DNA from: Selaginella moellendorffii
Taxonomy: Eukaryota > Plantae > Lycopodiophyta
Reading direction: 5' to 3'
Assembly: GCF_000143415.4 (NCBI RefSeq)
Contig: NW_003314412.1
Coordinates: forward strand, 62,001-126,000
Length of the DNA stretch: 64,000 nucleotides
Part shown: in pieces, positions 1 to 12,169 of the stretch
Position numbering within the stretch: position 1 is the stretch's first letter
Layout of the letters: each line of letters begins with the position of its first letter
The notes under the pieces: model-generated
Databases searched by the model: none
What the model was told of the DNA's origin: nothing
The model's input: only the letters and a program-made list of their open reading frames with translations
Translations under genes and position numbers: made by a program

Positions 1-1208
1 TTCCTTGTCTTACTCTAGAAAGATTTTTCTAAAAGAACTATGCTTTAGAGCAAGCAAACTTTGTAATATGCCCATGCCAGTATGACCTGTTTTAAATCTA
101 GAAGGATAAGATCCAAATTCATATGGTCTGACATGGGATTTGAACCTGAGACCTCAAAAGGAGAAGAGGTTAAGTAACAACTAAAGGGGTCACTTAGTTA
201 AATTACTTAAATTATGGTGAGATCATCGCCTGTGGTGAGAGAGGAGCAAGGCAAGTTGGTTCTTATTGTTCATTCATCATGCCTAACTCTGGAATGGCTT
301 TTTACTTTTGTGGGAGGCACATCAAAATTGACTATGGGAGAGGAGTTCCTCAGGACATTGGTTTGTCTCTCCCAAGGAATGAGCTTATTAACATTATTGC
401 AATAAGCTCCATTGCCATCTCCCTAAAGGCATATTAGATTGTGTAGCGGGCATACACATAGAAAAGAAAAAGGCTGCTTCCAACCTGCATTCTTGAATAT
501 CCATAGGTATTGGTTCATTTGTCTTCTAACCTGGTGCGTCATCTCCATCTGTGGCGAGTTAGAGTAAGGACGATGAACTCCCAGCGTCAATGTCACTACA
601 ATAACATCTTATATCACTAGGTCCTTCAGAACATGTGAAGAAGACAGAGGCAAGTTTAATTCGTGTATCCCAATTTTGAATCCCTGAGTCATGCGATACG
701 CTTGATGATGAGAATAATGTGCTTAATGATCCACGAAAGAATCTGCGATCACTGAGTAAGATTTTCTAGTTCACATTTTATCTTACACTGCACTTGGGAG
801 CCTTTCCTGCGAATTTTTTGGTTTCCACGATACTGCAAAATTGGCATTAGTAAGGAAGAAAGAAGCTCAGCAACACGATCAAACAAGAACAAGCAGCATT
901 GGTCTTGGCACATTGATAATTCCAGGTTACCTCATTGCGATCCCGACATTTCTCGCATCAGCTACATTCCCCTACACTCCGATCATCAACAAGAGCTTGG
1001 TCTCCACGTTCTGTGCAGGTCTTTAACCCTATTAGAAAAATTCAATATCATTGTCATTCGTGGGAAAATATGCTGGTGAGGAGCAGCCACGTGAACTTGA
1101 TTTTCCGTGCTTGGAAGGCGTGCCTAATCAAACCAGACTCAGTCCAAGTCGAAGGCTTCCAATTTTTTTATGGAGACCACGTGTTTTGGCAACAGTCGGC
1201 ATGCAACT

Positions 1209-2911
1209 ATGGTGGAATTCACTGCGATCTCGCCTCTTTCGAGGACTCTCAGCAAGTTCAGCAAGCCCGGGATTGTTACAGTGACGACGATCATTGTTAC
1301 GCTCTTCTTTGTTATAGAGCAGGTGGGCTTCTCAATTTCTACGTGTTAATTGGCTGCTTGCAATTGAATTGAAGGCTGTGAACTGGAACTATTGGACCTG
1401 GACCTTGAGCAGTCAAAACTCTGCTTCTGCTTCAGATTCTTCAGGCTCTTTCTTCAGGCTGCAGAAGAGCGACCAGGAGGAGCTCCAGAGATGTCTATCC
1501 CCAAATTCGGAAGCTCAGTGTCCTTCGTACTTCTCCTGGATCGAGAATGATCTCGCACCTTGGAAAGAAACAGGGATTTCCCAACAAAACCTCCAAGATG
1601 CTCGATCCAAAGCTGATTTCCGTGTAGTAATAGTCAACGGGACTCTCTACATGGAGCGTTACAATAAGTGCTTCGAAACCCGGGATGATTTCACGCTGTG
1701 GGGCTTGCTAATGCTGCTGGAAGAGTATCCAGGGATGGTTCCTGATGTTGACTTGATGTTCAACTGCGGAGATTGGCCACTCGTGTTCAGAGCGGAGCAC
1801 AAGCCTGAGAAGAATGGATCCTGGCCCCCTCCGCCTCTATTCCTTTATTGCACCAGCAGAGGTGAGCACTACGACATTGTGTTTCCAGATTGGTCCTATT
1901 GGGGATGGTGAGTACTACGAGGATGGTCATTTCGGAACTGAACATGGCATTCTGGTGTACAGGCCAGAGGTCAATATCCTTCCCTGGAGTTTGGAAAAGG
2001 AAAAAATCTTTTCTGGAGCCAAGAAACTAGATTGGTCACACAGGCAACCGATAGCATTTTGGAAGGGGAACTACGACATGGGTCCAGCTAGAGCGGACTT
2101 GGTCAAATGCACCGCCAACAACAGCCAGAACTACAACCTTGTAACACACCACCAGGTGAGTGAATTCTGTATCCAAGTGCTAAATTTTAGGGAAATTTTA
2201 TAATAAACTGTGCAGGACTGGTTCACTGAAAGGGAACACAATTTTAACAATTCAGACTTGTCAAAACAGTGCCAACACAGGTGTTCATTTGTTTGATGCT
2301 TGCTGAGTTCTTAATTGGTGTCTTGTTTCAGGTACAAGATTTATGTCCAAGGAGGAGGATGGTCTGTCAGTTTCAAGTACATATTGGCATGTGGTTCAAC
2401 AGTCTTACAAATTGAGCCGATGTTTCAGGAGTTCTTCGCCCGGTCACTGACTCCTTTTGTTCATTTTTGGCCTGTGGATAGAGACAACATATGCAACTCA
2501 ACAAAGTTTGCTGTCGATTGGGGAAATGCTCACCCAAAGGAAGTAAGACTTTTGATCTCACTATAGTCAACAACAAACTGTAAAACCTCTCATGTACAGG
2601 CCGCTGCAATTGGAGATTGTGCAAAGTCATTTCTAGACAAAGACCTCAGCATGGATTTCGTGTACCAGTACATGCTTCATCTTCTCCAAGAGTATGGGAA
2701 GCTGCTTAAGTTCAGACCGGTGCCACCACCAGAAGCACAGCGGATGACGCTGGAATCTGGCTTGCTAGGACATGAGCTCACACTACCAAGAAATGGGCCA
2801 CGACCTCGAAAAGTATGCACACTCGCTGGCAACATATCCGTTGATAAGATGCTTTCAAAGCAAAGTGAAGGCTACAAAAGAATAAAGAAGGTTCATAAAC
2901 TTTATGTGTAA
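1209..2911 (+). CDS. Glycosyltransferase family 90 / CAP10-domain protein (O-glucosyltransferase rumi-like), multi-exon, type II membrane
   Basis: Exon 1 reads MVEFTAISPLSRTLSKFSKPGIVTVTTIIVTLFFVIEQ (TM anchor) up to a GT at about 1323. Downstream exons carry CPSYFSWIENDLAPW, YPGMVPDVDLMFNCGDWP, DIVFPDWSYWGW/PEVNI, YKIYVQGGGWSVSFKYILAC and MDFVYQYMLHLLQEY, all typical of plant GT90. Confidence 0.9.
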
Positions 2912-4132
2912 AACTTTTACACAATGAAAAACTGGTTAGATTGTTGTGCAAATAAAAATTGATGGTAGCTACACTGAGATTTAAACTTATGTTACTTTTT
3001 GAGATCAGGGAAGGAGACGTCCTCCAGTGGTTCAAGGAGGTATGTACAAGCCTAGTGTGGAGGAGGCGGAGATGTGAGAGCTATGAATGCCACAAGAGTA
3101 GTAGTTAACATAGAACTCAAGGGTATATTATGGATTTAAGGTAAGAAACTTAACCTACTCTAAGTGTGGTGAAGCCTTTAAGGTAGATAGATTATGCTTT
3201 ATTATCTTTGTTATTTAGAGCCAGGTCATAATATTTATATCAAAAGATTGATTAAGATGAATGCTAGAATCCTAATGTTGATAGTGATGTTAATGCAACA
3301 TAAACCTAAAAAAAATCAACAAAAAATGCAAGAAGTAGCCTTGTAGATGGTATGATATAAAGGAGCATTTTTGCAAAATCAACACTTAAATTCAACAGTA
3401 ATGGTTGTTATGGGCAAGAGGATTGATTACAAATCCTTTGAAAAATATAGAATTTTTACACTGATTTTAATTGTATATTTTATCCATGCAATCTAAATGC
3501 CCACCACAGTGAACTATAAATACCATACCTTCAAAATATTGCATTAATTGTGGACATCTTATTTAATTTCCATTCCCCCTCTATTTAGAATATGTACTGC
3601 TAAGAAAAGGTGGTAACTTGAAGAAAATGATTATGTTATAGGAGGATGGAAACTTGCTCACAGGCCTATATAAAAACAAACCCACATCAACTAAAAGGCA
3701 CAAAAATTGGAAAGCATTACTAACAAATTTTAATATTAGTGAAGATGGAATTAATGAATTCTATGCCGGCATTAGCATGATTTCTCCACTTGAACTAGAA
3801 GAGAAGAAGAGGATAACGATTAACTCTTATTTCACAATCACTTTGGCTAAAGCATATCTTGGCAATTTAATTAAAGATCTAAAAACTCAAATCTCCTTCA
3901 ACTTAGAATTCTATAAATCCTATTATTATTTGCCCTCACCCACACCAAAAAGAAGAAACTTCAAACATGCAACTATACTGGTGTCATTGCAAATCACAAC
4001 CTCTAACAAAATAGAGCCAAAATGAAAATCAAAATTTCAACATAAAAACTTTTTAAAAAAATACTTTAAGAAAATGAAAGAGGTGGGTAATCTTGAAAAT
4101 ATAGAAAAAAAAACCTCTCTCTCTCTCTCTCT

Positions 4133-4897
4133 CTTAAGCAACCAAAGGGAACGACTTGAGAGATGATCCATGGGGTTCAAATATAGAAGGAAAAGGCCCA
4201 TGAATAAGAGTGCACCCCCTTTTTCAATCGGGTAAGGGTTTTGGGATACTTGGGGTTAAGTGTCCTTGGGTTTGAATAATACTGGGCTGGGTCACCTCTC
4301 GAAAAATCTAAATTCAAGAGTTTACATTTGGTATCAAAGGGGTCTTGAGTCCGACTCTGTTGGTTGGCTAAAAGAATCACACCACATGTTGATTGACATT
4401 TCGCGACTCTGTTGGTTGGCTAAGGGAATCACACCACATGTTGATTGACATTTGGCGACTCTGTTGGTTGGCTAAGGGAATTACACCATATGTTGATTAA
4501 TATCTGGCTAGCCCAATTTGCTCCCGAAGGGTAGGGTGTCAAGAGAGCAGGGCCCATATGTTGATTGACATCTGGCTGATCCAATTTACTCCCACTGGGC
4601 TCGACCCGAAGGGTAGGGTGTCAAGAGAGCAGGGCTCTCGGGAGAGCTACGGCTCTAAGCTTCCGTTCACGAGGGCGTGAACTTCCAAGAAAGTGTGGTG
4701 GATTGTAAGCAACCAAAAGGAACGACTCGAGAGACAATTTATGAAGTTCAAATATAGAAGGAAAAGGCCCATGAATAAGAGTGCACCCCTTTTTCCAATC
4801 AGGTAAGGGTCTTGGGATACTTGGGGTTAAGTACTCTTGGGTTTGAATAATACTCGGTTGGGTGACCTTTCGGAAAATCCAAATTCAAAAGCTTACA
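4133..4897 (+). mobile_element. Cassandra-like TRIM (non-coding miniature LTR retrotransposon) inserted in a (CT)n microsatellite
   Basis: Two 194-bp direct repeats (4133-4326; 4704-4897, TGTAAG...CTTACA). PBS TGGTATCAAAG at 4329 (tRNA-iMet type), purine-rich tract AAGAAAGTGTGGTGGAT before the 3' LTR, no ORF. Each LTR contains a 5S rRNA A/IE/C-box-like segment. Confidence 0.88.
4353..4640 (+). repeat. Internal tandem repeats of the TRIM (3x 52-bp unit, then 2x CCCGAAGGGTAGGGTGTCAAGAGAGCAGGGC unit)
   Basis: GACTCTGTTGGTTGGCTAA recurs at 4353, 4405 and 4457. Confidence 0.9.
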
Positions 4898-5984
4898 TCT
4901 CTCTCTCTCTCTCTCTACTTGTAAAAATTCATAGTGAAACATAAATTGAAATTTAAAGAGAGTAGTAAGAAGAATGTCAACAACATACAAATAAATTTAA
5001 ATTCTATAGAAGATTTAACATATGCAAGTGTGATAGTTTTAATATTACTATCATCTATTATGATGTCTAATGCATGTATGCACATAGATTCAAGGGAGGA
5101 TTTTTAACATGTAAAGTTTGATAGTTAATAATGATATTAGTAATAACATTCTACTATAGTGTGTCAATCCAAACGATCCGATCTAATTGTTAGCACATGT
5201 GAAGTGTTAAGCTGTCAAATCTTAAGTCTAGGTGATGATAAATCTTGTCAAATTTTAAGTGCTAAGTAATGATAATTCTTCAATGATAGATTCGATTCTC
5301 AATATATGTTGAGTTCTATCCATAATTGTGAACATTGCTCAATGACATTAGGAATTAATACAACACAAAATAAATCTATATATGAAGATTCATCCATTCA
5401 TAGATTAATATAGTATAATATGTTTCAATATGCTTTATTTATACTCTTTAAAGTTTTTGTAAATATTCCAAAATATGTACAAAATATTGAGGAAAATGTA
5501 TCCTTTCTAAATAATTTGGAAAAAATAATATCACATCTCTAATAACTTAAACATTGACAGGTGCTAGTTATGATGTCATTAAAATAAAGAACCATAAATT
5601 CATATATAATAATAACAATAACATAAAATAAAATTGAAGATATCATGATAATTGAAATTTTAGTTATTCAAAATGAATGGCCAAGATAAGGGTAGCTGCC
5701 AAGATTAGGTTACTGTTGCACCATAAGTTGAGTGCATGAGTTGAGATAGAAAGTGAGAGAGATCGAGAGATCAAGTGTGTGAGTTAAGATTAATGGTGTG
5801 GGAAATTAAGTGTGTAAGAGTGCAAAATTAAGAGCAAAAGAGATCAAACATATGAGTGGAATTCAAATAACAATATTACCAAGGATGAGTTTTTATGCTT
5901 TTTTCTTTTACTCCTTTAACAACCACCTTGCATTTTCATTGGTAATCATAGGCTTTTTTATGGCTAACTTGAACATTTTTGCTA

Positions 5985-6466
5985 GCAACCTCAAACACTT
6001 GATAGCTTGGGGGTTGAGGCTATTCAATTAACCTTAGGCCCTTAGGCAGCCAAAGTGCCCGAAGTTGAATTCGAGCTAGCCACCTCAGGCACTTTAGTGG
6101 CTTAGGGGACCAAGGTTATTCAAATAACCTTGGCCCTCTAGGCTGCCAAAGTGCCCAAGGTCAACCTTGGGCAGGCGACATTAGACACTTTTGCTACTTG
6201 GGGGGCTGAGGTTATTCAAATAACCTCAGACCCCCAGGCAACCAAAGTGCTTAAGGTTGAATTTATGTTAGTCATCTCGGGCACTTTGATGGCTCAAGGG
6301 GCTAAGGTTATTCAAATAATCTTGGCCCTTTGGGCTGCTAAAGTACTTGAAATCAAGCTTGGGCCAGCGATTTCGAGCATTTTTTCTACATGCGGGACCA
6401 AAGTTATTCAAATAACTTTGGCCCCCCGAGCAGCCAAAGTGCCTAAGGTCGAGCTTGGGCCAACTT
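5985..6466. repeat. Palindromic minisatellite, 96-bp period built from alternating inverted ~48-bp units
   Basis: TTCAA(A/T)TAA(C/T) recurs at 6023, 6119, 6215, 6311 and 6407. The centres are dyads such as CCAAGGTTATT-CA-AATAACCTTGG. Confidence 0.85.
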
Positions 6467-6619
6467 GATCTTTTTTCTTTTTGTCTTTGACACTTTCAAT
6501 TTCTTATTATCTTTGTTTACTTTGATTAATAAAATTTCTTTTCTTGTAGAAAAGGAAAATAATACCACCTAAAAAGTTTGTTTTGAATTTGATATTGATA
6601 AGGATATTATAATGAACAT

Positions 6620-6802
6620 GTTCATTGGCACATCAACAAAAACACAATTTCTTAGAAATCCACCACCTCTGCCACCTCCACCACTTCCACGACCACCACC
6701 ACCATTGCCAGCATTGCTTCCGCCTCCACCGCCACCATTATCGCCACCCCCACCACCATCTCTACCACCACTTCCACCTTTACTCTTTATTGGCCCACCA
6801 CT
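6620..6802. repeat. (CCA/CCG)n-rich low-complexity tract
   Basis: Imperfect CCACCACC repeats in an otherwise AT-rich region. Confidence 0.8.
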
Positions 6803-9067
6803 AGCATAAATCCCCAAAGTTATGTTATGATCCAGCGCAAAAAGACAGAGATCTAGTCGCCCTAGACTATGCTACGCCACCTCTTGAGGTAATTTAGTAG
6901 TGTTCACGATAGGAAATTTGATAAAGAGCTTAGAGCTAAAAGAGTTGCAAACCTTCTTGATAACATGATGGACAAGTGCTTCTAAAAAACTATTATGTAG
7001 ACAAAGGAAAAAATAATTCACCAAACACTTGAGATGCTCAAGTGGCCAGGCCTTAGTGACTTGATCAGAGAAATCCCCTTTTACTGTTTATAGCAAACAA
7101 ACCTTGTATGCATAACATCCAAGTATATTAACCTAAACATATATAGCCTATTCAAACAGAATGGCCTCACAATGAATATCAATATGTTTTTAGTGTCTTT
7201 CTATAGGCCAAAAACAACAAAAATCATTATTGTCACACCCAAGATTGTTAACAGCTAGGATCCTATTTGGAGGAGGAAGTCTCTTGAATGTTGTAACATG
7301 CTTATCAACCATCTTGAGATTTGACAATTTGTGGGGATAATATTCCAAATTATTGATGGTAACCATCAATATAAGGCTTGGATGAAGTGTATTAATGATT
7401 ATTTTTGCGATATCAACGTTCCAATCAGCTATATCTACACGAGAGGATCTTTGAATGTCAACAGACTTATCTTGGCCTACCAAAATATTAATGAGTAAAT
7501 TTTATAATTTCACTTCCAACTTCACTTTAACTTGTTTTATCATGTTTAAATGTAGTAGCAAAACCTTATCTATTACACTAAGCAACTCCATTTTTTAGTA
7601 AACTTGAGTGAAGATAACATTCAAGAACATTATAGTGATGATCTTGCAATATTTGTTCAACACCTGCATACTATATTGATAGTACAATATGGTTCTACAA
7701 CCCAAATCAATTTTATGTTCACCGTGTGGTATAAATTATATCTTTCCCTTTCACTTTATAAAAGCCTTTTTTAATTGTTTTGGTTTTTAGCCTTTGGTAA
7801 ATGTCAAACAAGATGTTTATGAACTTGCACATTCAAATAAAAGTCGGGAAGAGCTCTTGGCTGAACTCATACAAATTGAGCACAAAATTCATCATACAAA
7901 GTCTTCAAAGTAAGAAACTAATATACATTGTAGACAATTGTAAGCTAAAGGAGTGGCTAGAGACTATAGCCAAAAACTTTTCTCATTAATGTAAATTTCT
8001 TAGCACATGCTTCATTTTTCTCAATTATGCATATGTTACTTTTGCAATGAATAAAACACCAAATAACATGATTTACAATATTGCAAAATCAAAGCTTTTA
8101 TACAATAAATAAATAGAGACTCTAAAGTTCCTCAATATCTACTTGATGAACAAAGAGAAATGATTGCTAAAAGTATTGAGAACATGATGAGAAGGGCTGT
8201 CTACATCACGCAAACTATTAACGAACGTGAGAAGTTCTTAACACTGCATATTAGTGACAATCCAAATGGCACATTCATATTTTTCAACACCTACGTCAAC
8301 ATATCATTGGAAGTGATCAAAGAGGGGTGGTTGCCAAAGAAGTCTACAAGCACAACAACTTATGATTACCAATATAGTCCAATGTTATTTTATACAACAT
8401 GCAACTTACAGGTATAACAAGATTTCTAGGATCTTTCCTAAATATATTGTCTATTATAGGTATCTTCAATATAAAGGCATACCACTTGAGATACTAGTTT
8501 GTACTTGACTTGTTGCAAAGGGTGTAAAGGATGGAGGAATGTACTCAACAATATTTATGAGAGTTCCAAAAGCATGAAAAATAAAATGCCTTTAAGAGTT
8601 GGAACTCCTAGGAAAAGAGACCCTTACACTAGAGCAAAAAGAAGTTATAAATGCTAGCAATGATGGTGATATAAATAATAATAGAGAAGAGGATGAGGAA
8701 GCTCCAAATTAAACTCACATTCCACCACTAAATGGCTAAGATCAAGCTCTAATTCCACCATCAAACATTTAGGATCTGGATTAAGTTCCACCAGCAAATG
8801 ACAATGATTATATGGTTCATAAAATATAACTTTGACCTCGGTAAGTTATCATATAATGATATTAAAAGACTAAACTCAATATTGTGAAGGTTCTTAATAT
8901 TAACAAGTGCAAACCAATGACATAAGTTTCTTAAACCAAACCAAGTATGTTCAACTAAAAACACATAAGGGTTTTTATCTTATGTTTATTCGATTTAAGT
9001 ACACATGCATTAACCAGTTTCTCAACTAGCTCAAATGGGAACTATAAAGGGAATCAACTATACCAAC

Positions 9068-9600
9068 CAGCTAACAAATATCTTTTGATACCCGAAGTCA
9101 CATTCATGACACTAGTGAGTATGATTACTTACAAGTTAATTCACTTGCTACTAGTTATTGATTACTCATTCATATACATAATGATTACTCACTAGTTGTC
9201 ATAAATGTGACTTCGGGTATCAAAAGATATTTGTTAGCTGAGTGAGTATGAGTGAGTTAATCAATATCTAGTAACATTGAAATAAAGACTCTTAATTGCA
9301 TTATGTGAATATAAGTAATGATTACTCATTTGTGACAACTAGTGAGTAGACATGATTATGAGTGGATCAATCATAACTGTAAGGATTAGTCTTTTGGTTC
9401 AAATAATCATTATCATTATCATGCCCTATTATATACTTTTCTTAGATTATACTAAAGGTAGTGCAAATAAAAGAAGAGTCATCAGGACAAAAGATCAAAC
9501 ACATAAATCATTTTTTCATTTTCAAGAGACAATTTGCAACCAAATATAATCTCATTACTTATATTCACATCATGCAAGTAAGAGTCTTTATTTCAATGTA
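9068..9600. repeat. Nested inverted repeats (foldback/MITE-like)
   Basis: 9068-9121 is a near-perfect reverse complement of 9186-9240. A second pair lies at about 9273-9330 and 9541-9600. Confidence 0.85.
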
Positions 9601-11035
9601 CATTGGTTATAATGATTTTATAAGTGGTGAGACATTGGATGGATAACTATAAAGCATTGAACCATTTTGCTTTGGGTTGGAAGCTTGGGTTGCAATGCTT
9701 AATCAGAAAGCTTGGGTTGCAATGCTTAATTCTTTTCTAAATAACCTTATTCTTTCTCCTTAAGTAACTTAGTGTTGGATTAATCTTGAGTATCTATGCT
9801 ATAAATGAAGTTGGTTGTGTTGAGTGTTATAAATCTCTAACTCAAATAACAAGATGCAACATAAATCACTTGATTGATGATTAAGTTATTGTGCTTTTTA
9901 TATCATATCCTTGTAATTTGTAAACACTATATTTATGAAGTTGTTTAGTTAAATGATGATCAATATCAAAGTGGTTTATAGTAAGTTAGTCTACTTACAA
10001 GTAGTGGCACTGTAGTAACTTTGACTATTCTTGAAAGCGATATATTAGGCTAGTTGGTATTGGTACTTTGTTTCCTTGAGAGTTCATTAATTGAATTTTA
10101 AAACAATTTATAGCATTTATTTATTATAGCTTGTTAGTTATCTATTAACACTTAGATGGATTGGTCTTGAATACTAAGTAAAGTATTTTTAACTTTAGTT
10201 AGCTTGGTTGCTAAAAGAAATTTAAGTGATGATTTCCTTTTGTTTTTTTTTTAGCTTTGTTTTGGTGCTAATGATATTGAGATGCTTTGACATTAATATT
10301 GTTTAAGTTGAGATTAAAGTGAAATATGATATCCTTCATGAGTATATTGAGGAAGTTGGACTTCCATTTATGATGATTGGTCAGGCTCATTAAAAATTTG
10401 ATATTTTTATTTTGCTAATCTGAATAACATAATTTGGCTATACCTTTATGTTATTAGCATTCACATATTTACTAATTAACAACTATATTGGAGTTCAATG
10501 AGCTAAGTGGCAAGTTGAGTTAATTTTTTTCTTAATAAGATTTTTTAGTAGAGGTTTAGCTTTGTTTTATATAATAGTTTATGTTAGTTTTGTAAAAGAA
10601 AAAGTTGTGATTAATATTGAGATTATTAGTTTCTTGTTAGATTTGAGTTGAGATTATATTAATTATTGATGATTTTTATTATGTTTGTTAATAAGTGCAT
10701 CATTTTATTCATCTTATGCCTTTAATATGCTTGTCTTCTTTATACATTTAATAGGAAAGACCACATCATCTTGTTCATTTGATGCTCTAATATATCTTAT
10801 TTCTAACATATAAAAGAAATATATAAATTGTGGATATGTTTGAAAATTATATTAGAAGTTCTTAAATTCTAAATTCTTCAAAAGATATCAAGTATTGAAA
10901 TCATGTCAATCAAAAAGATGAAATTAGTTATTCATTATGAATTAATTTTTTGTAATATATTATTTGATTCTCATCAGAAAGGCTTCAATGTTTGGAAGTA
11001 TTGTATAGCCAAAAAATCTTAACAGTCCACAAACT

Positions 11036-11270
11036 AATAAGATCCAAATTTTGTATCTCCTATGGGAGGAAATCCTATTGTCATTGCCAATAAGATCTAA
11101 ATATTCCATCTCTCTAATGGATTGCCATTATCAATGAGATCTAAACTTTCTATCTCCTAAATGGGAGGAAATGCCATTATCATTATTAATAAGATCCAAA
11201 TTTTAAATCTCCCAAATTAGAGAAAACTTTATCACCAATGAGATTCAAAAACTTTCATCTCCTAAATGGA
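11036..11270. repeat. Degenerate tandem repeat (~40-55 bp, about 5 copies)
   Basis: AATRAGATCYAAA...ATCTCC motif recurs at about 11037, 11090, 11133, 11188 and 11236. Confidence 0.7.
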
Positions 11271-12169
11271 AGGAGCATCCTTGAAATGCCATTAGGGGTT
11301 ATGATTATATACCAAAAATTTCAAATTCATTAAATATTTTTTTATATAGAAGATCAACTTCTTCAAAAGATAAATTCATCAACTTTCTAGCTTATAAGCA
11401 TACCAAGACATACCAAGGACCAATATAATACTAGATAGAAATCAAAGTCAAAAAGTATAATCTATAAACAAAATTAAAAAGCACAAAGATCTGAAAAAGG
11501 ACATATCTAGAAAAAAGAGAGATAATTTAGTTATCAGAGTGTCTTATTATACATTATACAGTGACAATATTAACTATATTAATGTCAATATGGGATGATA
11601 GTGGAACAAGCATGAACAAATAAGAGGAAGCTGTCGAATGTTGACTAGAATCAGTTCACTAGTTATATATGCATGTTTGTTTAGCATGGTAGAGTGTTGA
11701 CATAAAGCTATGTTAAGCTTGTTCCATAATCTTTTATCCTGTAGAAGTGTGGCTGGACATGTTACCTGGCACCATCTCACGAAAACATCGTCACAAACCA
11801 TCATATAAGGAAGTTATGTGTTTAAGCGAGGCCACCTCTTCTTATCTGTGTCAACATGATAAGAGCACCACACAAGCATTTCACTATCAGTATTCTGCGA
11901 GAAAGTATGAATCCTTAGGCTAAATGTACCACTTAGATTTCCGTTATGCAACTCTGTAATGGATATTAAAAACATTTTTAGGCAATTTACCCTCCTCTGC
12001 CAATCATGAAATAAGAAAATATAAGTGATATTTGATGCAATTAAAGTCTTGGATTATCTTTATTAGTGCAATTATATGATTAGATGATATATAAACTAAC
12101 ATAATTTGGGAGCAAATAACTTCATATAGGAAAGATCAACGCAAAACACTCAAATGAAACGTGAAGCTT

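Noticed and set aside
131-156. B-box-like GGTTCAAATCCC on the minus strand (tRNA or SINE?)
   Set aside because: No cloverleaf or clear A-box; at most a decayed SINE fragment.
3654-4025. 123-aa ORF in AT-rich DNA
   Set aside because: No recognisable motif; probably decayed TE sequence or chance.
4353-4500. Regularly spaced repeats resembling a CRISPR array
   Set aside because: No unique spacers, no cas genes, eukaryotic TRIM interior.
6151-6468. 105-aa ORF with a 32-aa repeat
   Set aside because: A by-product of the 96-bp palindromic minisatellite; adjacent units contain stops.
6569-6817. Gly-rich and Pro-rich ORFs on opposite strands
   Set aside because: Simple CCA-repeat artefact with no signal peptide or gene context.
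6850-9000. Possible decayed transposase or helicase coding sequence
   Set aside because: No diagnostic motif could be identified by eye.
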